DNA from: Plasmodiophora brassicae
Lineage: Eukaryota
DNA length: 64,000 bases
Assembly: GCA_036867785.1 (NCBI GenBank)
Contig: CP145409.1
Location: forward strand, 620,001-684,000
Reading direction: 5' to 3'
Below are positions 11,614 to 23,533 of this stretch, one piece after another. How positions within the stretch are numbered: position 1 is the stretch's first letter; each line of letters begins with the position of its first letter. Position numbers and translations under genes: made by a program. Below the pieces are notes generated by a model. The model searched no databases and was not told the DNA's origin. It was given only the letters and a program-made list of their open reading frames with translations.

Positions 11614-14516
11614 TTATTGCTGCGTCTTGGCAACCTTCCCCGCCATGCGGATCCTGTACAAATCAGTAACCGGGGCGGGGCGTGGACCTGCCGAGCCTGA
11701 TCCGTTCGCGACAGGTTGTTCTGCAGGGGCATCACGTTCCCGCTTGACGCCGGCATGTTGTACAGCGTCACCTGTAGTACCTGCTGGCCGTATCTGAAAC
11801 ACAGTTTAGCCAGACGAAAGCAAAGCGCTCTGGCACACCACGTACGTGTATCACTTTCGGTTCTGCCATCATAATCCAAGACATCAGCAGATCAACTTGC
11901 GCAATTTCGGGACCGGAATAGCTAGGCAGACGCAGCAACAACGAACGCAGAGCGTCTCCAATTTCGAGTCTTAGCGTAACAATTGGGCGGCCATTATCCA
12001 GGACCTGGAGGTTACCCCCATTAACGCTCTCCTTGATGGGTCACATGCGGCGGCACTAACTTTGCACATTTGCCCGATATCGGGACTCGGCAACGTCGAC
12101 GATGGAGCCGCCTCAACTTGTACCCCAGTCGGGGCACTACCACCAGCAACACCGGCAGCAAGCGCCGCTCGCTTATTGGTCAGGATTGACGGCCCCAGCG
12201 AGATAGCGTTCTGATACGCGTCCGAACATGGATACAGGTCCTTGGGCAGACATTAGGTTCGCGTAATCCTGACTGTAAAACCAAGTACCTTAAAGTGCCT
12301 TCGATCGATAACTGCACGAACGGGGGCCACCATGCTGCTCGGAGTGTGACGTGTCACAGCTCGTTCTGGGTGAAGGAGAGCATTCCGTCGAGATTCCGCA
12401 GCTTCAACGGCTATGAAATCCGATACCTGAGACGGCATAAGAAGGAAACCTACGCTCGCGTGAGCACTTCCGACGAACCATGCGCTCGAAGTCGACGTAG
12501 CGATCAAGTATTGGCGCCGCCTCAGCCGAGGGTATTTCCCGGAAACACTGCTCGAATATCAGTCGCATGTTCTGATGGTCATTCCTTGCATAAAGGAAGT
12601 CGAGGTATTCGCACTATCACGACAATGTCAGATTACGGGTGCAGCTAATTCATGGCGAGTTGGGTACCAGAAACGGAACACAGGTTGGAAACTTCTTGAG
12701 ACCTAGCTTGAAGATATTGCTGGCGACTGTTGCGTCATTGTCGACATGATCTAACGCGGATAAGAGTCAGAACAAGCTATAAACCAGAGCATCAAAACAT
12801 GCTTACATTCCATTAGCGCTGCAGCACAGTAAACGTGGTACGTGCAATTCGGCGACTTAATCAAACTGACGAGAATCTTGCGCGCTGCCTCGACACCATC
12901 CGCCCGTCTGGTGAAACGAAGCAGCTCGATGGCGCAAAGCGGTGATGACGCCTGATCAGCCTTCTCATACAGATTCTGATATATCGTGCGGGCTTCCTGT
13001 CCCATTAGTTAGACGCTAACATTTCAAATAGCGCATTCCTGTTGAATCAGGATCCTGCCATACACTGAAGTTGCGCTTCCGCTCCTGGAAGTCGGCATAA
13101 AGAAAGTGAACGATAAGATTATCCGGCATCACTTCGATGGCGTTGTCGTAGACGCGAACAGCCTCGTCTGTGAACCAAATGAAAATTGTGGTGGAAACCG
13201 ATCAGAACACACTGAACGAACCATGTGTGCCCTTTTCGTTGAGGAACGAAGCATAGGCGTTCCAGACCTCAGGGTAGAACCGCAAGATGCAGAGTCCTTG
13301 CTTGAAATGGTATGTCATTCTAGCTTTAAAAACAGACGGATCTAGGCGAAGAGGATTGCCCAGTTCATAATGCAGTAGTCGTTGCCAGAGTAAGACTTGG
13401 CGATAATCACGAATCTGTGCATGCAGTCCTGCATATAGCAATTTAGACCTCGAACACAAGCACACGTGGAGCCCGAAACAGCGACCTGAGGGCGTCGGCT
13501 TCGCGAGCATGTCCAGAAGCAGTCCTTCACGTTTCTTCTTCAGTTCCCGCTTTACGTTAAGGCATCTCAGATAGATGGGATGCGCCAGATTAAGTGTTGC
13601 CGCTGCATGATCCTGGACTGGTTGTCAGCGAACGAGCTCCATCCGTACAGCAGAGAACAAGCGAACCCTGAAATGTTTATGCTCCCACGTATCGTAGTTC
13701 TTCCAAATAGTTTCAATCTGGCTGAGCGGGACAGCAATCGCACGCTGGTACACTTTCCTGATAACGAGCAACTTTTCATTTTCCTCAATAGCATTGGCAG
13801 CCTAGGATGCGCTCGTCAAACAAACGGACCGTCATACGTCTATACAAGACCGACCTCAGACGAAACCAGGAAGTTGATATAATCCATCCAAATTTGGGAA
13901 GCATTGAAATCGACGCCAACGTGCTCAAGAGTGAATTCGAACGCATTGCCTGCAGGAGCTTGTCAGCAAGCATTCACTGGTTGAATCGACGATCGAGTAA
14001 TACAGAGAGCTGCTCGCTCATCGGGCTGGTTGCGTTTGATAATTTGTTGATAATGAATGTAGGTGCGATACAACTCGACATCGAGACAGATCGGAAGACA
14101 TCTTGCGAATATTGTCTCTACCATTTCTGGGAATACACCAGTCAGGAACGGCGACGGATTGTCAAATTACGTTTGTACGGTAATTCTTGGCCTCCATTTC
14201 CTTATCTAGATAGAATTTCCACTGCATCCATTGAATCAGCCCACAATCCCGCGTCATCGTTTATATGCATCTCTGTCCAGGAACGTACATAGTCGGCAGC
14301 GGTTGGGAAGACGTTCAGAAACGCCTCGAATACTGAGCGAGCCTCGTCGTTGATACCGGGTACGGAGTTGTAATGCCGCATGATGACCATCCAGGCCGCC
14401 GTGTCGTACACATCGGCACACAACGATGCGGCCGCCAGCTTCAGTTGTGGGGTGAATCGGCTCGATACGTCTTCAGGGAAAAGGTCCGACGACGCCGCTT
14501 TCGCAAACTCGGCCAT
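11614..14516 (-). CDS. CSTF3: Cleavage stimulation factor 77 kDa subunit (Suf/Rna14), HAT repeats; many introns
   Basis: VYDTAAWMVIM...EARSVFEAFLNVFPTAADY; LWQRLLHYELGNPLRLD...RMTYHFKQGLCILRFYPEVWNAYASF; LRFTRRADGVEAARKI; TYHVYCAAALME; C-terminal TDLYRIR. Confidence 0.92.
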
Positions 14517-14666
14517 CACCGTCGCCGTCATCGGGAGTGTAGCTCTCGACCTCCGCGGCGACTGGCGCAACTTTTGCGCTCACGTTCGCATACCATCCTC
14601 TGGGTCATTTCACGGCTGTACAGCGGGGGATGTTGCCTGCTGAAACAGATGTATACCCAGATTGTT

Positions 14667-16445
14667 TTACATCAACATGTTCTCCGCACGAAGTGTCGTC
14701 TCGAGTCTATTGCTGAGGAACAGGACTTTGTCGCGGTCGGTTTCGAGGCCGTGCCAATCGGCGTGCGTTACCAGGGACAGCGTCCAGCCGTGTTTCGCCA
14801 GGATGCGATGCTTGAGACGAATCGACGGTTTCAGCTGATCAGTTTTCGTAATGAACTGCGCTGGGCCAAGAATTTCAACAGCGACCTTGAACGCATCACT
14901 TGTGTAGTGCGCCATCGATGTCGTGAACCCGGTCCGCTCGCATTTCGTTGGTGCTTGGAACATAGTTGAGAACGGGGTCAGTTCCAATATCCGTCTAACG
15001 TCAGCAACAAGGGCAGCGTTCAGCGGTGGCACAGGTTGAAACGCTAGTGCACACCGAGCAAACAACTCTCTGACACCAGGAATGCTTGCCATGTGCTCGT
15101 TGAAGGACTCGTCCGATACCATCAGGCGCCACTGATGCATCTGAGATAACAGGCCATCGCATTTCTCGCGTTCGAACGCTGCCGGTATCGTTTCGATAAG
15201 CGGAAGGACATTCTCCGGACGACGGTCAACCATGGCAAACGAGTACAGAAGATTAGCGATCTGCTGCGAACCAAGACGCCCTTTCCGAGCCACTGCCTCT
15301 GCTTCGGCAGCCTCAAACAACGCTGGAACGTAGATGTCGATCATTGCGTAGGACCAGACACTGCTCGTCAGCTCCAAATTGTTCATGTCCCGAAGGCGCG
15401 GTATGACAACGGGTGCAAACGACTCGAATAGTTCGATGTCGCGGAAATTCACTTTCATAAACGCCCACAGAGTATTTGCCAAGTTTTGAGTCGAGAACTG
15501 CAGCACCAGAGATTTCGAAGCAGACGCTATAGCCCGGAACAGAGGCAGGTTCACGAGCCCGACTTTGCCATACGCCCATGCAACGTTAGCGAGGTTACGT
15601 GCCGCTAGCTCTCCTATTCGTTCGATGATCACGGGGGCAAACGCATCGAAAAGCGAAACCATGGGCAGAGCCGCCGTTGCATACGACCAGACCATCATAG
15701 AGAGGCCCTGCGCGTTGAAATCGTTGTGTGAGGTCAAGCGCGTCCTGGCCGCCGAAGCGACCGCTTCTAGGACACGTGTTCGCACAACAGCATCGTTCAG
15801 CTTAGCGTAAGACCAGGCAATGTTCGCGAGCTCCACTGCCTTGAATTCGTCAATACGCGCCTCAATAGATGGAGCCAGTGCTGCGAGGACACGTGGCGCG
15901 TCCAGACATCCCAACTTGATAACAGCATGAACACAATTCGCCAGGTGGCGACATGTCGGATGGCGGAATTTGGCATGGAGAACAGCAGAATCCGTCAGGA
16001 TCGGAAGAACGGTGTCGAACAATGCGCGATACTGGGGATCGTACTTCGCCATACCCGTCAGGATCGACGACGTCGCACGCATGCCCAACTGAGAAGGAGC
16101 AAGGCGACGCAACCGTTCCAGAAGCAGCGACAGACTGCGATCGTGATTCGGTTGCCCAATCTGCTCACAGATGCTATGCCGGAACATTCGCATGAGATCA
16201 TCGGGAACGACCTCCGCCGGCTGCGACAAGATCGTTGCGACATCCGTCGTGTGATTAAACCGCACCGGCGCAGGCTTGAATCGTTTCACGTGCGGGGCGG
16301 CCCCGAAATCTGCCAACGGCACGCTGCCGTGACGGGCCCCACCCGACGGAACGCTGCTGCCGCCGCTTTGTTCCGCTGCAACAGTTAGACTGGCCCATGA
16401 ACCTCGATGACCCCACTTGCCCGGCTGCAGCCGCCGCACCCACAT
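14667..16445 (-). CDS. Mitochondrion-targeted helical-repeat (37-aa HPR/OPR-like) RNA-binding protein with C-terminal RAP domain, copy 1; intronless
   Basis: Repeats such as FNAQGLSMMVWSYAT and FSTQNLANTLWAFMK at 37-aa period; RAP-like KVAVEILGPAQF...RLKHRILAKHGWTLSLVTHADW; Arg-rich N-terminus MWVRRLQPGKWGHR. Confidence 0.85.
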   Translation of the reverse strand: MWVRRLQPGKWGHRGSWASLTVAAEQSGGSSVPSGGARHGSVPLADFGAAPHVKRFKPAPVRFNHTTDVATILSQPAEVVPDDLMRMFRHSICEQIGQPNHDRSLSLLLERLRRLAPSQLGMRATSSILTGMAKYDPQYRALFDTVLPILTDSAVLHAKFRHPTCRHLANCVHAVIKLGCLDAPRVLAALAPSIEARIDEFKAVELANIAWSYAKLNDAVVRTRVLEAVASAARTRLTSHNDFNAQGLSMMVWSYATAALPMVSLFDAFAPVIIERIGELAARNLANVAWAYGKVGLVNLPLFRAIASASKSLVLQFSTQNLANTLWAFMKVNFRDIELFESFAPVVIPRLRDMNNLELTSSVWSYAMIDIYVPALFEAAEAEAVARKGRLGSQQIANLLYSFAMVDRRPENVLPLIETIPAAFEREKCDGLLSQMHQWRLMVSDESFNEHMASIPGVRELFARCALAFQPVPPLNAALVADVRRILELTPFSTMFQAPTKCERTGFTTSMAHYTSDAFKVAVEILGPAQFITKTDQLKPSIRLKHRILAKHGWTLSLVTHADWHGLETDRDKVLFLSNRLETTLRAENMLM

Positions 16446-17032
16446 GCCGGTGGCGCCCCCGCGGCGTGTAACTGCGAAAGACGAGGGCAGTTCCTGTTGA
16501 CCGTCTGCAGTTTCTCCGTGAGGCGTGGGGCCAACCTGGATTGGCTTCCTGCGAAGGAGCTGCTCGATCGCAGACACTCTGCAGCACGCAGTGTCGTTCA
16601 AAGAAATGTCGCGATTTTGGAAACGCGACTGCCAATTCTGTCGCCTGCCGTGGAATACTCGATGCCAGCGCAGGTATGTCAGGTCGTGCTTTGGCTGAGA
16701 CCGTTCGACATTGATCATCCTGTAGGTCCGTGTGGACCATGCTGTCTGCGCATACACATGCAACGTGATCGCCGACTTCGAAGACGGCAAGCACGCTAAA
16801 ATTCCGAGAGTACTCAACGCGGTTGCAGAAGGGTGAGTCGGATGAGTACTGGCGGCCACATGCGGCAGCGCTACATTTGCGAGGGTGACCCTATCAGGGT
16901 GGCGAAGCGCGATGCAATCGCTAGGAGGATGTGGACCCGCTATCAGAAGAGTCTACGTGATGTGAACCAAGGCGGGGGCGCTCAGGATTCCGAAATTGTA
17001 TTGACTGCTGCTGGGTCGTGGACGTCGAATAA

Positions 17033-19066
17033 TTAAACAGAAGATGAACTGCTTCTGGTGGCACTGGCAGACGAATCGAGGGATTTGGAGATGACCGATC
17101 CGAGCGCCTTGTTGATGAAGGCGATGCGATCAGGTTCGTTGACGCCGACGGCGTCCCAGTCCTGGTAGTCGATGTTCGCGATATGCCAACCGTGCGCAGA
17201 TAGGATGCGTTGCTTGAGAAGCGTCATTGCGTTATACTGGTTTCCGTTACGCATGAAACTGGACTTCCCGTTGATGAGCAGGGCAATCTTCAACCCAGAC
17301 GCCTGGCCTTCATATGCGAAGTCGACCAAGTACGATGTGACTTTGCAGCGGACCCGTCGAACGAAGAGGCTCGCGAATCGCGTTTTCCAGATCGCTTTAG
17401 CGATATCGCTGAAAAGGGCCGAATCAGGGCTGGATCCGCGTTCAGAAAACAACGCTTTACATCGTGCAAGCACGTCCGCTGCCCCATGGACAGTGGCCTC
17501 GAAATTCGCGACATCGTCGTCTGATAATGACATGCGCCACATGTGGACATGCGATGCAAGTACAGGATCGAATCCTTGACTGAATTTCTCGGGCAGCATC
17601 CGGGCAACACCTGAAGAGATTCCAAGTTCAGGATGACCGGCGATCGCCAATGCGAACAGCGTGTTGATCAGGATCTGGTCGCTGATGTGAGCTGATGACT
17701 TGAAGTTGCCCATGGCGTGAGCAATGGCTTCGAACAGATCGTCTGCTGGAGTACATGACGTTGCGAATCCCCATGCGGTATTCGACAGGTCTTGTGGATT
17801 GAACTCACGAATTCGTTTCAACGCCTCCTTCTCGACCGCTGTGAACAGATCCGGCGCTGACACTCCTGCGACAGAGAATGACCACACAGTCATGGCCATG
17901 TTCTGGCTGTTGCAAGTTGGCAGTGCTGCAATTGTTGCACGTGATAGGAAACCGAAGAGCTCGGGCGAGTACACGCCAGCTTTTGCATAGGCCCAAGCCA
18001 CGTTCGACAGGGTCTGAGGGACGAACTCGTTCTGAAGCCTCTCGCTTCTGACGATTAGGTTGGCAATGAGATGTAACAGGTTGCCGGATGCGATATCGGC
18101 GCGCGCGAACGCCCAGACGATATTGGCGAGACCCTGGGCGCTAAACTCCTCCGCACGCGCCTTCACAGCATTGTCGATCGCATCGAATAGAGCAGGGGCT
18201 GAGTGTCCCAGCTTCGCGAATGCCCATGCCATGCTCGCGATATTCTGTGGCTGGAACTCGTATAGTCTAGAGACGGATTCAGCCGCGATGGCATCGAACA
18301 GATCCGTGCACGGGTCCTGCGCCTTGGCGAACGCCCAGACGATGTTGGAGAGACCTTGCGCGTTGAACTGCTTGACACGTCCAACAGCCTCTCGGGCAAT
18401 GGCGTCGAATAACGCAGGAGCCCTCGCGTCGGCGGCCGCATAGGACCACGCGCAAATCGATAGGTCTTGGCAGCGAAACCGCATCAGATGGGGGATGGCC
18501 CCCGCTGCAAGAGCAGGCAAGGCGGGCCGAGCGGCAGCGCCATCGAAACCTAATTTGGCGATCGAGTGGACCGCCTGACACAGGTGCCTGGCATCAACCA
18601 GAGGCAGGTGTGCATTGACTTTCAAGGCCTCTGCGATGAACGGGATAACCTTGGAAAAGGATCCTCTGAACCGTTTGTCGTACTTGACAATGGTGGTGAG
18701 AATGGTGGACGCCGTCCGCATCGAAATGGCTCGCAGATCGAAGGACACTAACCGGTTGGCGAACTCAGCCAGCTCGGCAGCGTGGTTGTCGTGGTCGGTC
18801 TGATGCATCAGCGTATGAAGCAGGAGTTCCGACAGCTGTTCGGGGCGCAGCTGGAACTCAGCCATTAGCGCTGATGCATTGCTAGCCGGTTCGAACACGA
18901 CCCGGTGTGGCCGCACGGATGGCACCTCCAGTGGACCCTGGCAGTCGGCCATTGCGGGCGGCGTGCGAAGTTCGCTGCTAAAGATCGCCCGATATTGGAC
19001 GCTGGTTCGCCGGGCCAAACACTGCCGGTTCGCAAGCGACACGCATCGGCTCAGGGTGGTCCGCAT
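17033..19066 (-). CDS. Mitochondrion-targeted HPR/OPR-like repeat protein with RAP domain, copy 2; intronless, 677 aa
   Basis: Transit-like MRTTLSRCVSLANRQCLARR; about 8-9 repeats such as FNAQGLSNIVWAFAK, FQPQNIASMAWAFAK and FNPQDLSNTAWGFAT; RAP LVDFA...KIALLING...LKQRILSAHGWHIANIDYQDW. Confidence 0.9.
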   Translation of the reverse strand: MRTTLSRCVSLANRQCLARRTSVQYRAIFSSELRTPPAMADCQGPLEVPSVRPHRVVFEPASNASALMAEFQLRPEQLSELLLHTLMHQTDHDNHAAELAEFANRLVSFDLRAISMRTASTILTTIVKYDKRFRGSFSKVIPFIAEALKVNAHLPLVDARHLCQAVHSIAKLGFDGAAARPALPALAAGAIPHLMRFRCQDLSICAWSYAAADARAPALFDAIAREAVGRVKQFNAQGLSNIVWAFAKAQDPCTDLFDAIAAESVSRLYEFQPQNIASMAWAFAKLGHSAPALFDAIDNAVKARAEEFSAQGLANIVWAFARADIASGNLLHLIANLIVRSERLQNEFVPQTLSNVAWAYAKAGVYSPELFGFLSRATIAALPTCNSQNMAMTVWSFSVAGVSAPDLFTAVEKEALKRIREFNPQDLSNTAWGFATSCTPADDLFEAIAHAMGNFKSSAHISDQILINTLFALAIAGHPELGISSGVARMLPEKFSQGFDPVLASHVHMWRMSLSDDDVANFEATVHGAADVLARCKALFSERGSSPDSALFSDIAKAIWKTRFASLFVRRVRCKVTSYLVDFAYEGQASGLKIALLINGKSSFMRNGNQYNAMTLLKQRILSAHGWHIANIDYQDWDAVGVNEPDRIAFINKALGSVISKSLDSSASATRSSSSSV

Positions 19067-19439
19067 GGTGCGGTCGCAGTGCAGCCGTAGCGAATCGGCA
19101 ATCGCACTCCGCGACGGGCCCTGGGAAGAGGGATCCCCCCAAATGTCGCGCTACTACCTAGTGTTTACCTACTTGCAGCGTCCGCATTGCACCAAGCCGT
19201 GCGAGGCTTGAAAACATGTGCACACACGGCCTATTGGTACGTCAGGAAGTTGAAATGTTACGCTGGAACTTCAAACCTACAGGCACATCGCGCCTTACGC
19301 TGGGTAAAGGGTCAGGTGCTCGCGTCTTACTGTCTGGTCGTGAGTCACGCCAGGAGAGATTTCCGGGTCTCCGGGCAGGACTTGAAAGCCATTCCCAAAG
19401 GAGAGCCACCGAACGCACCTTTGCATTCCATCCGACATC

Positions 19440-20600
19440 ATGGCCCGCGTCGTGCTCGTGCTTGTGTTTCTCCTTGTTATCTGGACGCACTGCGAAGAAT
19501 ACGCGCTGGCTGCAGCGCCTCCTCCGCCAACGACGTCACCAGACGCGACTCCGCATATCGACCTGACCAAGGGTAACAATTCGAGGATCGTCGCGATTGC
19601 CAACGCAGAGAAGGACAAGATAATGGCTCGTTACAAGAGCATGACGAAAGCGATGAACTCGTACAAAGAAGGCGGCGTGCCCCCTGTTGAATTTCCGGTC
19701 AATGGGGAGGCGTAGCCCCGTTAGCTGGCGCTTGTTCGCTCTCCAAAAACTGCCGCATCTGGCCAGCCAGCCATCTTCCACAGTCCTATTCCTGGTCCTG
19801 AATATACAGAATACTGACCCTTTGCGTGCCTTCGCTGCGTGAGAATGAAGCATTCAAGCAACCGGATACCACATTGTTGGAGCAATTCGGATATCCCGAG
19901 GCCGAGGCCCGTCTAACGGTCTCCGGCTCCCCAATGCTGCAGGCTCACGTAGGCAATCAAGAGCGACGGCTGCGGCTCGCGTCGATCGTCAGCCTTGACG
20001 ATCGAGGCTTCCTCAACGATGGCACATTGCTTTATATTCTTCTGTTTCTGAATGGAATCTGAAGATTCCAACGTTTTCGTGGGGCGTCTGAGAGCAACGG
20101 GCAACTATACTGTAGGTAGCCCGTCCGCACAGTGCTTATATACCAATATACCATGTATCCACTCTTCATACATGGTCCTCGTTGGTAAATGATTTGCTTA
20201 CCCTTCGGGATGATAGTCATGGACAGCGGCCAGCAACATGCTCTGGATACCGTTCACGAACTACGGCCGAAGAGAGACTATACCACATCTGTTGAACCGC
20301 TCAATGACGACGAACCATTCCAACGTCTAGCAAATGATGAAGCGATCCTGCATTCATCATCGAGCTCCTCAACCACTTGCTGACGGGCAATCTTTTGACA
20401 CAACCTTTGATGATTACAGGATCGGAGCGGTAATCCCTGAACTCGTATTCTTCGCCAGTCAAGAGAATCTGCAACGCCAAGCATATAGTTACCCACCTAT
20501 GTACGTAGTGTTCGCGAGCCTCTCTACCTACACTACCGACGAGCACTGACTGACACTGCGGGCAAGCAGCGCGTTGTTTCAAACACGTCGTTATACGTAG
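19440..20600 (+). CDS. Putative secreted protein, multi-exon; internal splicing unresolved
   Basis: Signal peptide MARVVLVLVFLLVIWTHC followed by a Pro-rich spacer. Downstream GT-AG introns; last exons read ...DDYRIGAVIPELVFFASQENLQRQAYSYPP. Confidence 0.5.
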
Positions 20601-20700
20601 CCGTCAAGTACAGGTTCGCAACGAGCGTCCAGAGCCAGAGCCAATAATTTACATCATCAGTAACTGCGCTACCAGCCAACAACTGTCGTGTGCGCATTGC

Positions 20701-20949
20701 ATGTCGCACGCGCTCGCATCTGTCCCGACGGGCGCTGCGGTCCGCATCGACTGCCAACACGGCATCGTTGTGGAAGGGCATCTCTACGAGGTCGACGTTG
20801 CAAGCAACATGGCCTTACTTCTGCACGAAGACAAGTCGTTCTCCGTTGTCGCTCTCGAACGCGTTGTTGCGTGCGCCGTTGTCGAGGGCGACACCATCGA
20901 TGTTGCAAGCGAACCCCGAGACATCCTTCTGCAGCAATGTCCAAAGTGA
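20701..20949 (+). CDS. Small Sm/LSm-fold protein (82 aa; Lsm12-N/Gemin6-like)
   Basis: GAAVRIDCQHGIVVEGHLYEVDVASNMALL fits the Sm1 motif pattern (V-x-V...G..x.G.L...D...N..L); FSVVALERVVAC is Sm2-like. Confidence 0.55.
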   Translation: MSHALASVPTGAAVRIDCQHGIVVEGHLYEVDVASNMALLLHEDKSFSVVALERVVACAVVEGDTIDVASEPRDILLQQCPK

Positions 20950-20990
20950 ACACGCATTAGCTGTTAGCCTTTACTGAATGCGTCTGCAAG

Positions 20991-21939
20991 TCAGATAGGT
21001 TCCCATCCGTGTTTGGAGGTCAGTTTGTCGAGATACTTGGCGCCCTTCTCGAGACCATCCAACACTTCGTCATCGTCGTATCCAGGAACTCTGTATTTCG
21101 CTGGACGCGGGAAGTCAATCATCAGGTTGACGCGAGGCTCTGACGTAAAATTCCATGCCTGCGGTTGAGCTCAATCCGGTTGTTGCGTCGCCAATCGAGT
21201 GCCATACCTCGTGCATTCGCAAATCGTCGAACACGAGACAATGTCCCGGTCGCCATGACGTTTGCAAATCGTCAACTCGAAACATGCAGCCCGTACGAGG
21301 TTGCAAAGGGTCGTATGGGAATATGGACTTGGAGAACCACTGCCATCCGCTTGTTCAGGAATCTCGTCATGTACCGGTGTGGCCTGCATACCTGGTCGCT
21401 GGGGACAGACTTTTTCCAGACATCTGGATCGGGGACGCAACTTGATATTTCTTGTGGAGCGGTTAGGCAAATGTGTGCTCGAAGGATTGAGTTTGAATAT
21501 CCCACGTAGCCTGAATGTGGCAGAACATGGACGCCCGGGCGAAGTATAGAAAACGTCGCCGTAGTTAAGGGCACTTTGCATCTCTTGATGATTCCTGCAG
21601 TCACTGGGCACATCCTGCAATTCGCTTCCTGTCCCGCCAGCATTACAGTGCTGCTCTGCTAGTACATCACATGGCAATCCACGATCGAACCTTCTTCTTT
21701 CCGAATGCATGCAGGCCAAATACATCCCATCCGGCACCACGAACAACCCTGTTCTGCGATGTGTCGTTCAACTGGTACAAGTTCATCTCGGGCCATGGGT
21801 GCACTTCCGCGCCGCTATCCAGCGACCTGAACTCCTCCAGGATCTCCTTCCACCTGGACGCTACCTCCACGACGCAGTCGAACTCGTTCGGGTCGTAGAA
21901 CGGCCCATGATCGTTCCCGACGCCACCTGGACCTTCCAT
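20991..21939 (-). CDS. Aspartyl/asparaginyl beta-hydroxylase-domain protein (2OG-Fe(II) oxygenase); spliced
   Basis: WKEILEEF; GWDVFGLHAFG; NCRMCPVTAGII; ATFSILRPGVHVLPHSGYVGYSNSILRAHICL; WRPGHCLVFDDLRMHEVWH; PRVNLMIDF. Confidence 0.9.
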
Positions 21940-22059
21940 CTTTTGTGTCGATGGCCGCGCCGTCCTATACGTCACATGCATTAACCTCTGTCCGGCTGCC
22001 GGAATCGACGCGGGGTCCGCAAACGTGCTTCGTTCCAAAGGGCCGGGATCGGGGCGACG

Positions 22060-23533
22060 ATGCTGGCTGGGCGGTTGTGGCGCCGATATATGTCGACTTG
22101 CGACCTCGTCCGACAACTGAGCTTCAGGTTCGCCGACATGCAGACAGCAGCAGGCACGACATCGACTGAGGTTCTGAAGCGGTTGTCGCCCGCTGCGAAA
22201 GCGTTCAAGGACATAAACCGAATCCATGAGGAGATTACCGATCTGGAATTAATGCTTAAGAAAGAATCAGAAAGGTAAAACTCGCGAACGTTTGTCGTAT
22301 CTTCCACTGTATGAACTGTGCTACTCAGCGACAACGAGCTTGCTGAACTCGTAAACGATGAGATTGCTGCCAAGCGGGAGGAGTTGCAATCCATGCACGT
22401 TAGTTGCCACGTGTGATCGCTGGGATTAGCATAGGCAGGTAACCGTTTTGTCTATTTTCTCAGAAGGAAGCTCTTGACTGCCTTGTGCCTGTTGATGCTG
22501 ATGACAGCCGGTCTGCGATCCTCGAGTAAGTCACCGGCCTCGTTCGTGCTGAACGCCTCTCAACGCTTTGTAGAGTTCGTGCTGGAACGGGTGGTGACGA
22601 AGCTGCACTCTTTGCTGAGGTATGTCCGGTGGTGTGGGTCGTCATAACACTTCGCACACACGTTTGAACATCTGCAGGAAGTGTTCAGGATGTACGAAAA
22701 GTACGCAGCAATCAAGGGATGGAGGTTCTCAGTCCTGGGTAAGACCGGTTAATTGCTGCCGTCCAGGTCGTTACTGACTACCTCCAGAGTCGTCGGCATC
22801 AGACGCGGGCGGTTTCAAAGAAGGCTCTGCGTCAATCACTGGCTGTGGAGTATTCGGAGATTTAAAATACGAAAGCGGTGTACATCGGGTCCAACGTATC
22901 CCCGTTACGGAAAATGGTGGTCGCGTTCATACATCGGCGATGTCAGTAGCAATTCTGCCAGAGGCCGGTGCTATAGATTGTAAGATTCTCGATTCCGATC
23001 TTCGTATCGACGTCTACAGAAGCAAAGGATGCGGTGGACAGGTTGGTGACCATTATTCCGCGTCTCATCTCCTTTGGTTTACGCTATTGCAGAGTGTGAA
23101 CACCACAGACAGCGCAGTGCGCATCGTGCATATACCGACTGGCGTTTCTGTATGCATGCAAGATGAGCGGTATTGTTCGTACTCTTCGATGTTACATACC
23201 GCGCTGAGAACCGCAAATAGGTCGCAGCACAAGAATAAGGCGAAGGCTATGAAGGTGTTGGCATCCCGGCTGTACTCACAACAGAAGGAAGCCGCTCTTG
23301 AAACGCAGCGTCGCCAACGTAACTCTCAGATGGGCAGTGGCAATCGTCACGAGCGCATTCGCACGTACAACTTCCCGCAAGGGCGCATCACCGACCACCG
23401 CATCAAGGTCACGAAGTTCGGCATCGAAGACATGATGAACGGCACCCTGTTGACCGAGTTCATCGACGAGCTTCGGGCCATGGACCGCGAAGAACAGCTG
23501 GAACACCTTGTTCGCGAAGCCACGAAGATATGA
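22060..23533 (+). CDS. MRF1: Mitochondrial peptide chain release factor 1; spliced
   Basis: [40 protein letters not shown] (PxT motif); [40 protein letters not shown]; presequence MLAGRLWRR. Confidence 0.95.

Noticed and set aside
16446-16859. N-terminal 138-aa extension of the 730-aa ORF 14667..16859
   Set aside because: It starts at a non-ATG codon. ATG 16445 gives a presequence-like start and a length comparable to the tandem paralogue.
22060-23533. Bacterial-type prfA as contamination or recent HGT
   Set aside because: It has multiple spliceosomal introns and a mitochondrial presequence, so it is an ordinary organellar RF1.
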